A DNA stretch of 63,559 bases, filler included, from Sphacelaria rigidula (lineage: Eukaryota): the NCBI GenBank assembly GCA_964200075.2. It is 11 parts of 11 records of this genome, joined end to end, with 100 filler letters (N's around TTAATTAATTAA, not from the genome) between each part and the next. Parts side by side here need not be neighbours in the genome. Positions count along the whole stretch, not along the records: positions 46,299 to 51,985 come from CAXNAA020025247.1; positions 52,086 to 57,772 come from CAXNAA020025248.1; positions 57,873 to 63,559 come from CAXNAA020025249.1; 8 more parts are not named here. The stretch is one strand, 5' to 3'. How positions within the stretch are numbered: the stretch's first letter is position 1; each line of letters starts with the position of its first letter. The position numbers and the translations under genes are program-made. The notes below the pieces were generated by a model. That model did no database searches. It was not told where the DNA came from and was given only the letters and a program-made list of their open reading frames with translations. Positions 49,611 through 61,500 of the stretch are shown piece by piece.

Positions 49611-50266
49611 CATTAACGCGGATCGCCAAGGGGGCCAGATTTTCGAAAATGCACATGCCGTATGTAGACCTTCGAAACCCACGCAAGCTAGTGTTGACGT
49701 GTCAGTTTGATCGCTGGAGCGCTGCGCGAACGCTGAGGTTCTTCGCAGTATTTCGTTGAGTTAGCCCATCGCTGTAGTGTCAAAATATGCGTGTATGTTG
49801 TGACAAGGTGGAGTGCCGGCCGTTCGAGCGGCTTGTTCAGTTCAACTGGTGGTAAAGTAAAACCGATAGGAAACCTTCCCCGCCAATGTTCTCGCCCACA
49901 AGCAGTATAATGCGACTGGTGAGTAAGAGTGCAATCTAGCCCCATCGGGTTCATTTCGGTTGGTTATTCGAATCTAAATAGGCACGTCCCTGTCTCCTCC
50001 CCCTTTTTTCACAAATGACTTACAGATCCTCCTGTTTCCCTGCACATCACCTACAAAGTAACAGGAGACACGATCACACAACCAGCAGACCCTTCCACGA
50101 TACCCCGAAGACCCCGCCCTCAGACGTTGAGCGGTTGGAAGCGAGGAAGGCCGAGAGGAGGGGCACGCCGTCTAGAAAAAGACCCAGCACCAGCTGCTGG
50201 TGACACAAGACTCAGCGCCAGCTTCTGGTGACACCGAAATGCCGTGAAGATCAGCAAGTCGTCCAG

Positions 50267-50355
50267 CGATAGGGGGGGGGCGTACTCATTTGTTGCTTGC
50301 CTTAGTCGTTTGACCATTGACCACGCATCCCTTTCGAGACGGAGCACGATAGGGG
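50267..50355 (-). mobile_element. Family A 3'-end insertion with a 9-bp TSD
   Basis: CGATAGGGG occurs at 50267-50275 and 50347-50355. The tail is G9 on the plus strand. Confidence 0.92.
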
Positions 50356-51756
50356 AGGGAGGGAGGGATGTTGGTCATACTCTAGATGTACCTATGATTT
50401 TTTGCCTTATCCCCGTCAACAAGCAGCACACTTTGCCTCTAACTCGCCACCCATAGTGCTGTTCTACCCGTTAGCCCCAAGTTGCCGAGATGGCTCGTGA
50501 TGCAGACAACAGCCACTGCGCACAAATGTGCCGCCGTGTTTTTGGTAAGGTATGTAGAGCAAGCCACTAATGTACTTTTCAGATCTGCACTATTGTTCGG
50601 CATATTCCCCGGCCAGACACACGTGAATCGCAGCTTCTTCCACTAGGCCCCGGCTGAAGGTGCCGTTTCTGGGGCGACACCTAGAATTACACGAGCTCTC
50701 TCTAGGATGTACATTCATTTGTGTGTGGGAGGATGATGCTTGCTTTTCAGTCGGTAGAGACACTCTGAATATTTGGGGCTTCACAATACGGGGAAAACCC
50801 CCCAACAACTAAGGGGGGCTGCAATGGCACACTGTTGAGTACGTAAATAGCCACTCAGCAAAACACATCGGATACGTACGCGCCTTGCAATTTTCACAAC
50901 GAAAGTGTTGCTGTTGAGCGAGAACCGCGGTTCTCATGACCACGACCAGGCGGAACTTCAAATCTTGCACCAGCGGCTTTACCATGTACTTGACGGCGGC
51001 GTGATACTACCCCAGACGATACCTAAAACACAAGAAGTCATTCACGTGGCGTAGTTAGCCCGTTTACAAGACTACACCAACCGCAATTTGCCGCAAGGCT
51101 CTCTTTTTCCGACCCTGCCGTCTGCTTCGCATGCCAGGCATTTTCAAGGGGTGATCAGACCTGCGCCTGGACATCGCGCTATTATAAGCCACTTGTGTAT
51201 AATAATTAGAGACATGGTTATGAAAAGCGTATCTCCATTGACTCATTTCATGAGACGACGTGATTGGCTGTTTCCTGCAACTAATGAATAACCCAAGTGG
51301 GGGTATATAGAGCGTCAGGGAACTTCCAAGGGTTTGGACGGGCAGCTTCATTCTACTCCGGTTTACATGGTCATATAAAATTGATCATTTACCCTGCCTG
51401 CAGTATTGATTGAGTTATTGTGTCGGCACATCCAAAATGGGGTTCTCGTAGCTTGCCCGGGGAAGCTTCAAAAGATTGGGCATTGGAGTGTCCGTAAGTA
51501 ATCCCATGCATGAATTCCCCCCCCCCCCCGAAAAAGAAGAGACTCCTGTGTCGGCTTTCCTCCCTCCTGTGTAACCCCGGCGGGTCCGCCCACATCTGCG
51601 GAAAGGTGCAGACTAGCGTCTAGAATAGATGAGATGACAACACCGCAGTTTTAGGGCTCTGACTATCTTGAAACTTTCGAGCGAGGAGGAATCATGGAAT
51701 GAATAAGTTCGTCCACTACTGTTTACTTGCCCCGAAGTGAGTCACGCGTTCACAAA

Positions 51757-51872
51757 GTTGAGCAAATTCGGGATACTGTTTTTGACAGTTCGAGCAAACT
51801 CGGAACTTGTTCTGACAGAGTTTTGAGCACATTCGGAATACTTGTCTTCTCGTAACGTATGAACAAATTCGG
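51757..51872. repeat. Diverged ~30-35-bp minisatellite, 4 units
   Basis: The core TGAGCAAATTCGG and its variants recur four times. Confidence 0.7.
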
Positions 51873-51902
51873 CAGTTTCCTTCTCTCCCGCCCCCCCCCC
51901 CC

Positions 51903-51985
51903 TAGCTAAAGGGACAAAATGAGACGTGAACAAAAGTGGCATGAAATCGTTTGATGCATTAGACAGTAGGGAGAAAACGATGGCT
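51903..51985 (+). mobile_element. Family A LINE internal fragment with its 5' junction at a C-run
   Basis: Encodes VNKSGMKSFDALDSREKTMA and is preceded by the C-run ending at 51902. Confidence 0.85.
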
Positions 51986-52650
51986 NNNNNNNNNNNNNNN
52001 NNNNNNNNNNNNNNNNNNNNNNNNNNNNNTTAATTAATTAANNNNNNNNNNNNNNNNNNNNNNNNNNNNNNNNNNNNNNNNNNNNGCCTGAAGCGTGCTG
52101 ATTATCTAGCATTTGGATGACAGCCTCCAATGAGTTGCTTTATTGTCTGGTATCGCCACTGGGGGGAATGAATCCGTATCGACAGAGAATAAAACACGAT
52201 GCACATCATGCACAATGGAGATGTTGCAGAACAAATGCACAATACAAACGGTCTCCCTCCGTGGAGAGAAAAATTATGCAAGTGCGGGCCTCCGGTGTAC
52301 TGAGCCTGACCGTGTCAAGACGGGGTTTTCATCTAGACTGCATGCAGCAGTACCGCACCACCACGCCAAAAGCAGACCATTCCCCCAACATGCAGCTATA
52401 TTTTGCCAACTCGAACAGTTAAATACTTCGACGGCACGGCGCGACTTCGGTAAGGTGGTCACGACTTACAGTGCAGTTCATGCTGAAAGTCCCGGTTTTC
52501 CGGTACAATGACGGGCGTCGAATCGAGCAGACACCAAAAATTGCCGTGGGTTTGGGAACAGTCTCCTCCATAAAACTCAGGACATTCCTACACTAGAGCA
52601 TGACCGGTCTGAAGTGTGGCCACCGCTACCCTCAAAATTCCGCAATACTT

Positions 52651-52799
52651 CACACCCTAGACAAAATAATAATAATATATAAAAAAAAGTGTACTGCGTA
52701 CATTATCGACTATTGCGTCTATTGCAATAGAAAACAGATCCGATACTGTACGCAGTACACTTTTTGACAATATAATCTAGTGTCATTATCCAGAGTGTG
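52651..52799. mobile_element. Palindromic MITE (family E) with a perfect 8-bp TSD
   Basis: CACACCCTAGA...TCCAGAGTGTG, with CAATACTT at 52643-52650 and 52800-52807. Confidence 0.88.
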
Positions 52800-52871
52800 C
52801 AATACTTCAACTCGAGGCACCTCCAGTGTTACAGTCCATGGTGCAGCCTGAGTTTTCTGCCATGTATATAC

Positions 52872-53028
52872 CTGGACGGCGTTCTTGGTGGCCAGGCACT
52901 CCTAGTCCAAAGAGCAGCTCTTTTGCTCCGCTTTCCCGCCACGTATCACCAGTCCCAGCGTCTGCAGACGAAAAGCGGCTCAAGTTTCCGGCATCCTCCC
53001 CCATTGTGAGGATTAGCGCCGCTAGTTC
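52872..53028 (-). CDS. TRAPPC10: TRAPPC10 exon
   Basis: Starts ELAALIL, completing YQ|EL, and is open for 52 codons to CAG|GTATAT. Confidence 0.78.
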
Positions 53029-53628
53029 CTGATGATATACGGTATTGAATGGGTGATGGGAGATCGACCGGTCGGTCTGTTGGGTTAATTTGGCTTGATC
53101 TGATTCGATTGTATTGTCTCACACTACCCGATCCGCCCCAGTCTTGTGGCACATCACCAATATGGACGTGCTCAAGGCGGTTTAGACCGAAAGGCTCTCC
53201 ATGAAGAAAAAACAAATGAGAAGACGAAGTTTAAAATTGAACGGACTGGACGGGCACGTTGCCCCCCTAAAAATAAAAAAAAGAAGTTAACAGTGCAGGT
53301 GTTCCGAGGGTGAAGGAAGTAGTGCAAGTTAGTCAGGCCATACACGACCAGTGCGTCACGTCTTCACTTGATCAGAACTACATACAATGGCGATGCTGCT
53401 ACAGCAGAGGTGCCAAAAAAAAAAAAACGGTTTACAAGCATTCCATTTATATTCAGACAATATATTGTCTTATTACTCCTTCTTTTTTTTAACCCGCCCG
53501 CAAGCGTTCACACCGACTCGTTCTCGTAGCCGAACCACCTGGACCTTGCTCTGAAAACACAACCGTACCGATGCAAACATGAGATGGCACGGAGAAAAAA
53601 CGCCTACCCGCCGAGCATAAACTCTGAC

Positions 53629-53722
53629 CTGGTACTTGAGCAGAGCCTCAGCAGGCAGCTGTAGCTCCTTGAACATGAGAGCCAGTGATTCCTTCACAAC
53701 GAAGAACTCTCCGAAGTCCCAC
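53629..53722 (-). CDS. TRAPPC10: TRAPPC10 exon (signature motif)
   Basis: WDFGEFFVVKESLALMFKELQLPAEALLKYQ matches the Trs130 WNFxxFFxxKExLAxxF...ALxxYxEL block. Confidence 0.9.
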
Positions 53723-53966
53723 CTGTGGATTATGACACATAACGTCTGCCCGTAAATGAGTCATTTCGACGAGTAGCTAAACAGGCATGATCTCTAGACA
53801 ACCCGCTAGCTTGTACAAATCGCCGTCCCTTGGGGATGAAAATATAGGCACGCACTGACAATACAATACCTGTGATTCTGACGGAAAAGAGCTCTTGCCG
53901 CACAAGTCTGACTGTGTATTCCCGTGTCTCGGCTCCCCCCTGAATTGGTGACGATGATCCACCTGC

Positions 53967-54230
53967 GACACTTTCTACGGTAGCCTCCCCCCCCACCCCA
54001 GAAGGGGCTGGCTTGGGGAGGCAAAACCTACACGTAGATTGGAATGAAAAAAGCCGAGCACATCGAGCAGCTGGGAATTCCCATGCTTGGATTCGTTTTC
54101 ACCGATGTCGCCCATATGAGGCGCTTCATGCAGCCTGAAACCAAACATCAGGCGCTGTATGACCATTGTATTTTCGAGAGTTTTTCGCTGCGTTTGTGTT
54201 TGGGGGGGGGGGGCTATCGTAGAAAATGTC
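53967..54230 (+). mobile_element. Family C MITE in a TRAPPC10 intron
   Basis: TIRs are GACACTTTCTACGGTAGCCTCCCC and GGGGGCTATCGTAGAAAATGTC. Confidence 0.85.
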
Positions 54231-54309
54231 TTGCTTGGGGAACAGAAGAAACAAGCTCAAGTGGTGCCACGGTATCGGAGGGAAAAAATACATGAGAAAA
54301 AAAACTCAC

Positions 54310-54401
54310 CCTATCATCCCTCGCGTGGCATCCAGGCGAGCTAGGTCGGCGTTGTAGCATGCCACCCTGGCCTCGAAAACCTCCATCACCACTCTGCCCA
54401 C
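54310..54401 (-). CDS. TRAPPC10: TRAPPC10 exon
   Basis: Encodes VGRVVMEVFEARVACYNADLARLDATRGMIG (FxxRVxxY...R). Donor GTGAGT. Confidence 0.87.
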
Positions 54402-54814
54402 CTGGTCACAGTACATGAGCAAAAGAAAAGTGGTCGCCAGCACTAGTAGCTGCATGAGTCACAATCTGTCTCGAGCATATTCTTACATTTGCGCTGTCAT
54501 CGTCCACTGCTTATGCTCTCTTCTCTCCTTACCCTCCTTGATGTGCCATGCTTCTCCCTCTGCTCGACTTTTCCTCCACCGAATGAAATACTTCTCCTGA
54601 CCTATACCCCGGTCATATATATCCTGCGACCCGTCACATGCATCCCGTGACCCGAGACTCGATTCATCACGTATCACTTAAGGCAAGGCAATCAACCAAC
54701 CAATCGATTCACCCATCTATCCCCACACCCCCATCGTCCATCAATCTCAACGTGCAGCGTACGCAGGGGAGCGGTCATTATGCTAACTCGGATTCTGGCA
54801 CTCCTTTGTTTCCC

Positions 54815-55145
54815 CCCAGGCATATTTCCAACCTCCCCCCTCTTCCTCGGGACGAGTCCGTGGTTTCAAGGGATCCCCCCATCTCTCCCCCGGTACACGT
54901 CTTGACATACTGGTATCGCGAATTGGATCATGACCATTATAAGCGCTCTCGCACCGCGTCTACTCTCCTCAAACCAACTCAGCCGAACCCATTTGGTCTA
55001 CTCACGTCCTCACGTTCCCAACGGCGGAAAAAAGATACTTCGCGAAGAAAAAATCCAAGGCGCATCTGGCGGGAATCAAACTCGTGTTCTTTCCCCCCTA
55101 ATGGTGCCACTTGTACTATTTTAATTTAGAATACCGGGGTGCGGC
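54815..55145 (-). mobile_element. tRNA-derived SINE in a TRAPPC10 intron
   Basis: Collinear with 24655-24950, with a B-box-like GAGTTTGATTCC. Confidence 0.7.
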
Positions 55146-55747
55146 AGCATTATCATATTACATGTACAAGCCGCACGGGACCCGGGGCTGCGCCCCGGTC
55201 CCGTCCGTCTTTTTCGAGGGTCTCGGTATTCTTGGTCCTCGTGAGAATAGATCCTCTCTCGAAATGTTCATGCCCGCCGGAAACATTGCACGACCACCGC
55301 GATCGCGCGTCCGTTCGAACCGTCGCGAACGCATGTGTACCCCCGCACAAAGCAAGGTACGAATCCGCTAACCGGACAACTCTCATTGGCACTGGCGCGA
55401 ACAGTCATTTTCCGGGGCGGGTACGGAGGAACTTGCATACTAAAATCAGCAATAAATCTTTTGGACACCTCGTTACGAAGTATGCTTGACGCTCGCGACT
55501 TCGAAACATTCTCTCTCTATATATATATATATTACATATATACTATAATGCATGCACCACCATCTACGAGCTCTCGCAGAAATACAAAAAAAAAAAATTA
55601 AGGGTGAGTTACGGGAGGCCACCGGGGTAGACAGAGCCAAAACATTTGGCGACCCATGGAAACCACAAGAGGTGAGGGGGATGTTGCGTATCCTGATGAC
55701 TACCGATCATCAAAATCCCGTGAAAAATGGCTCCATAAGGCTGTTAC

Positions 55748-55825
55748 CTTGGCGAGTAGATCGCTCCATTGCTTGGGATGGTGTCTGGGGCTGGCCATAG
55801 GCCTCCCTCGTGGTCGGTGAACTCT
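55748..55825 (-). CDS. TRAPPC10: TRAPPC10 exon
   Basis: Encodes RVHRPRGRPMASPRHHPKQWSDLLAK (WxDLxxK). CAG| acceptor and |GTAACA donor, phase 0. Confidence 0.8.
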
Positions 55826-56688
55826 CTGCTTTGTTGGTAGTACGAAAAAAAAGATCAGAAAAAAGGACAACGTAAAAACGAACAGATGATGCACGCAGAT
55901 GCAAAACGAAAAGAGGATTATGTGCAAATCAGTGCTCCGGCATCGTTCGGTGACCTACGTAACTAGACGTCAATAAACAGGAGATGTAGGCCGAAGGGCA
56001 ACACAAAGACAAGACACACACACACACACGTCATCACAAACTGCTTCTGCCCACGCTAGCCACGTCTTAATCACTCATCAAGTGCTGTTGCCATGAGGAG
56101 GGCACGCGGAGAAAATATAGTAAAGAGCGTTAGTTCGGTGTGCAGCAGAAGCACAGCTATATCGACCACCTACATTGCTACCTCTGAACATCATATCCTC
56201 GCTGCTGGCCGTCTGGATCCGTCATGCTAAGTGTTCCATTCCTTGGCCTGGTTGTGAAATATAACGTCACATTTCTCCGAGAGGAAGTTTCTTCTTTTCC
56301 GGGGAAGGAGTCGGAGAGGTCGGGGAAACAACAAAACAGCCCCCTTACTAACGACCCTTGGGGATATTTTTTTCCAGCATTATTTTTGTTTGAAAAGTCG
56401 GAACATGTTCCGAAAAAGTCGAAAGATTCTGAAAAAAAAAGTCTCGTCAGTGATGACCCTGACTGGAGGAGACACTCACGCTGAACCTTACCCGTGCACG
56501 GACAAAAACGCACTCCTGGAACTCATCCAAAACATGAGACCCCCAATGGCAACGGTACGGCCACGACATCATCACAGCACTAGACTTACAACCCACCAAC
56601 ACATGGGCCGTCCTCGACCCCTACTCTAGACCGCCTCAGCGCAACAGACGCCGAGAACAACACGCAACAGAAATACAAGTACACTCAC

Positions 56689-56955
56689 AGAAGACGCCTT
56701 CGACGATCCCTGATCTACGTAGAGCGACACCAACGAGCACCGATCCCCGGGGGTCTTGCTATAAAAATCTGCGCACAGCCACCAGAAAATCTTGCCCTGC
56801 GCCTCCACGGCGGCCGCACTGGCGGCGGCATTGGCAGTTGACGAAGTCGCTTGCGGGGCAACGATGACGTACAGCAGGAGCCAGCCCCCCCCGTCGGCCC
56901 CGCCTCCTCGCCCCTCTACCTTGTCTAACCATTCTCGGATGAGCGGTCGCACTGT
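56689..56955 (-). CDS. TRAPPC10: TRAPPC10 exon
   Basis: Encodes TVRPLIREWLDKV...WLLLYV...KIFWWLCADFYSKTPGDRC, matching the Trs130 N-terminal VRxxIREW / ADF / DRC pattern. Confidence 0.85.
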
Positions 56956-57469
56956 CTGTGGCAATGGGGGAGACCCGGAAGGTGGGGGTGGGGGTGGGGG
57001 TGTGGGAGGGGAGGGTTGAACGGGGTGTGAAGAGGATCATCCGGGTAGGAGCGACGTGTAGGTACCCTATTCTCCAGCAGACAGGTGACTCCTGCCCCAG
57101 TTGGTTTCAGTACTCTGCTACGATCCATACCCTCATCCCGTGATGGACCGTATCGCAGACACAACGGGAGATTGTGGCGCAGTTGGGGGGCAGGGCAGTG
57201 TGACAGAATGGGGATGTAGGGTACAAAGTTTTTGACAACAGACGAAAATCTCAAATCCCTTTGCACGCAAGACTGTCTTAGATTGTTGGACAACAACTGA
57301 TCCCGCTACAAATCCAATCGCGGTCACAAGAGAGACAATCGTTGCACGAAATCTCCACGGTTGGTGTAGAAAGACGTTGACATGAACAACAAACATCTTA
57401 CGGAGCCATCCTTCCCTAAATGCACATGCAGGAAAGCCCCCCCGCCCTCTTTCCCCCTCCCGCCCCTAC

Positions 57470-57537
57470 ATCCCGAAAGGGATACGTCGTCAATGGTCAA
57501 ATGACTAAGGCAAGCAACAAATAAGTACGCCCCCCCC
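57470..57537 (+). mobile_element. Family A 3' end with C8 tail, intronic
   Basis: ...GTCAATGGTCAAATGACTAAGGCAAGCAACAAATAAGTACG-C8, with a C-rich 5' flank. Confidence 0.88.
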
Positions 57538-57554
57538 TCTGTGCGTGCCCTTGC

Positions 57555-57734
57555 CTGCTTGTAGTGCTCCTGGCTCTCAGCGCTGACCATGTAGATGAAC
57601 GCAAACGATGCTCGGTATCGCTCCGCAGGGGAGTTGACCAACCTCGCCGCAACTTCCGTACCGGCTAATGTTCGATGCACCAGACACTTCATCGGCAGCT
57701 CTTCTATGTTCATGGGACTGCTCACCGCGGGAGG
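57555..57734 (-). CDS. TRAPPC10: TRAPP II subunit TRAPPC10/Trs130, N-terminal exon; GC donor
   Basis: Encodes PPAVSSPMNIEELPMK...RYRASFAFIYMVSAESQEHYKQ. The donor CAG|GCAAGG joins in frame to TVRPLIREW. Confidence 0.8.
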
Positions 57735-57872
57735 CTGTGATGTGTTGGGGAAGCCGGAACAAAAATGGGGGGNNNNNNNNNNNNNNNNNNNNNNNNNNNN
57801 NNNNNNNNNNNNNNNNTTAATTAATTAANNNNNNNNNNNNNNNNNNNNNNNNNNNNNNNNNNNNNNNNNNNN

Positions 57873-57938
<66 letters not shown>
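57873..57938. repeat. (AAT)n microsatellite
   Basis: About 22 units at the contig start. Confidence 0.97.
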
Positions 57939-57939
<1 letters not shown>

Positions 57940-58519
57940 TAATACTGCGTGCATGTTGAATGGCGTGATTATGATACAAGAGTTATGTGGACGGAATAAC
58001 CGCAATGGAGGGATGATTGGAGCATTCCGTACAGGAGGCGTTTCATCGGATTGTGTAGTATGACACATTCCTGTGGTCATTCCGTGTTGTTGCACGTACG
58101 TGCCACCCACCAACACCGAGTTCAGTTCTGTTCTTGTTCTTCACTTATTCTTCTGTTCTTCAGTTGTCAATGTTTCGTATCGGTTTCATGTGAGTCTACA
58201 TGGGCTACGGTGTGAGGTGATGTGGTGAACGATAATGGAGAGATAATGAAGAAAAGGGTATAATCGCCGTCGATGCACCGAGCTTCTTCTCGTCACACGA
58301 GAAGAACCTCAAGAAGAAAACTGACGAGAAGTGACGAAGAGTGAGACCATGTGGGATGGTCACAACGCAGATCGGTACCCTATTTTGCTACCTTCTCGAA
58401 CGATCAATCGATATTCCCATATTTAGGACTTTTTCTCAAGAACTCTCACTGTCGCATGCTCCGCCAAATCTAGAAAACGTATCCAACCGTCAAATATTTC
58501 ATGGGGCGAGTTTTTGACT

Positions 58520-61500
58520 GACCTGCTACTACTAGTCAACGATATCTTTCCAGAACAAAATTCATTACACAACAGCATTCTCGAAGGCTGCACAACAACT
58601 CCAATAGTTTCCTATTGCCCCGCATAATGTCCCGCCTGTTACTTAGTGAACAAACCTTCGTATCTTAGCTTGATGCTACTGAACATTGACTCACATATGA
58701 TATGCAACACGAAACTCTCGACACCCCTCCCCAATGGAAGTAGCACTCAGGAAAAGTAAAGAAATGCGGACCGATGAATATTCTAGGCCCACTTATGCAA
58801 ACGCATGTTTCCATTTCTGCACATTCTCTTCAATTTACCCTTGGATTCTCAATCTCAACCCTTTCTACGTTCTCATTTCTTCAAAACACCGTCGTGATCC
58901 AACCACACGCTAAAAAGTACGCATCATACCACCTCCCTTGTTCGCGTCCTTATTTTAAGTCCTAAAGGTCTTGATTATGTGCAGCAGATGCAGGTGACGT
59001 TGCTTGCCCGAGCATTTCGTCCCAATGTCGGCGTTGTTCGTGGTCATGAAGGGTGACCCTCCGCTTCTTGATGAGTTAGCGAATGAAGAAGTAGCGCAAT
59101 GCCACAAGCTTGGTCCGTCCACTGTAGGTGCTGTTACCGGCAACGTGAAGTGTTGAGGTGTCGTCGATGTGAACCGGAACACTGTGAAATGCCTCGCCGA
59201 ATCCCAACTCCAGCATCATCTTAGAACGGAACCCAGCCTCCTTGATTGCTAGCGCTGCCACCACAAGCTCAGCTTCTATTGTCGACTGAGCAGGTGGACC
59301 CTGTATTCCGACCTTGAAACTCACCGGAGCGTTCGAGAGCATGACGATATACGTGGACATCGATTTCCCGTTATCAGGGTTGTTCCCTCAGTTGGCGTCC
59401 GAAAACGCCGTGAGCTGGAATCCAACCTTCCTGTACGTGATATCGAAATTAGCACTCCGCGCAAGGTAGCGTAGAAGATGTTACGCAGCACCCATGTGTG
59501 CTATTGATGATCTTGACATCGCTCTCGCAAGCTGGTTGACAGGAAAATGGATATCATACCGGGTCACTTGTGCTAGATACATTAACGAGCCGGTGATCGC
59601 CTGGTATCGCTGTGTTGCCGCCGGATTCAGAAGCTGCTGTTCCGGTTGATTTGATGACAGCTCTGCTCCCGTTCCTGGTGTACTCAGCGGATTGCAGTCC
59701 CTTATGCCTCACTTCTCCAGGATCGATTTGGTGTAGTTCTCCTGGCTGATCGTGAGCGTCCCATTCTCGCAATCTCGGGTGACTCTCATTCCGAGTGCAA
59801 GCGACACGTCTCCCATGTCCGTCATTTTGAAACGAAACACGAGCGTTTTCTTGAGCATCTATAGTACTGCCACGTCCCCTCCAACAAGGAGCACATCGTC
59901 CACGTAGAGGGTGAGAAGCGCGACAACCTTCCTCTTTCCGAGAGCGGTGATGACGGTGTCACCCCGGGAGCTACCAGCCCTAATGCCGTCGTGGTCGTCG
60001 TTGTCAGTGAAGGCGTAGATGCAGGGATCTGAAGCGAGAGAGGTGGAACTGATCTCCAGAAAATTGTTCATGGTGTTCCACCAATTCCGTGGCGACTGAC
60101 GGAGGCCATATAACGACTTCCGGAGCTTGATCACGAGAAGAACTCTCGTCACGAGATCGTTCTCCTCATAGCCCGGGGCCATCTTGACGTACACTTCCTC
60201 TTCAACGGGCGCGTTGAAACATGCCGTCTGCACGTCCAGCTACCAGAGTTCCCAGTCCATCTCGGCAGCCGCTGCAAGCACCATACGGATGCTCTGTAGC
60301 CTACAGAGGGAAGCGAAGGTGCTGCCGCAGTCAATGTCTGGTCTTTGTCCCCATCCTTGGACGACGAGCCTTCCCTTGCATGTGTTGTCGGCTTTAACCA
60401 CATACACCCACCGGGGTCCGATGGCGATCATCCCCGCAGGAATCGCCGTGAAGGGTACAAGCGTGAAGACATTACTAAAACGGAAGCTTTCTACCTCCTT
60501 GTCTGATGCTGCCTTTCATTGCTTCGCCGCTGGCAGTCGCATTGTCTCTTGAAAGGTGTTCGGCACTATGACCACTTTCTCCCCCTCCGAACAACTTCGA
60601 ATTCGGATGTTTGCGGCAGAGTACGCATACTCCAGAAAGGAAACTCCATCTTTGAGCGATGTCTCGCATATTTGTCCTGGTGTAGAAGTTGGCCAAAGTC
60701 TCCAGGCGCTTAAGCTCGCGGGCTCGAGCGCTGCTCGTGCCTGCGCCGATTATGATGTTTATCGGGGCTTGTGGGTTAGCCCGCGTGCTGACACGTGAAG
60801 AATCCGCTGGGGGTGACGGGGTTGTAGCTGGAGGTAAACCTTCAGTGACTCCCCCTTCTGGGGAGGCTCCAGTTGGGACCTCTCTCGATGAAGATCCGAT
60901 AAGGTCGTTGACGCGGTCCGTCACGTCGCGTAGATCTCCGTGTTGTTTGCTTTTGCTTAGAACGCATACGTCGCAGGGTGATAACGTTCCATCGATATCA
61001 GAGCCTCCCACCTTCCGAATTACATTCAGGCTCTTGATGCCGACGTGACCAAGTCGGCGATGTCAGAGGTTTGCGCCTGTGCTGACGTGCATAGCCACTC
61101 CAGGTTGCTGCTCCGCGAGGCCGCTCAGCTTCATGCGAAACGTGTAGAGGTCTTGGTCATTGATCGACTGTGTAATGCGTGAGAGGACTGCGTGTTTAGG
61201 GGGCCGCGTTGTAGTTCGAAACATCTCAGGATCGATATTTTCAGAAGAAATCCGGCCAGTCCCTGCAGGGACCACGCCCCTGACCCTGACCCCAACCCTA
61301 AGCCTAATCCTAACCCTAACCATGAGGCTGTTCAAATTCCGATGCGGTCCTCTAAGCACGCGGTCCTCCACGCATTACAGATTGTTCCAGGGGAAGCACG
61401 AACGGTGAAGTCTCTAGTCGGGGATCATATTGATCAAAGATGGCGATGGTGCCTTGCTTGGTCGCCATTTTCACGGATAACAGATGACACCCTAGTCGGG

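Noticed and set aside
48760..50200. Possible plus-strand exons (e.g. 49041-49165, AIHSKTAERSSLEVALAALSEAQSAARSRERAVK)
   Set aside because: Splice signals are plausible, but there is no recognisable domain and no consistent exon chain.
5689..57872. Regularly spaced TTAATTAATTAA motif every ~5787 bp
   Set aside because: It is an artificial spacer between length-sorted contigs. The periodicity is not biological, and cross-contig gene neighbourhoods have no meaning.
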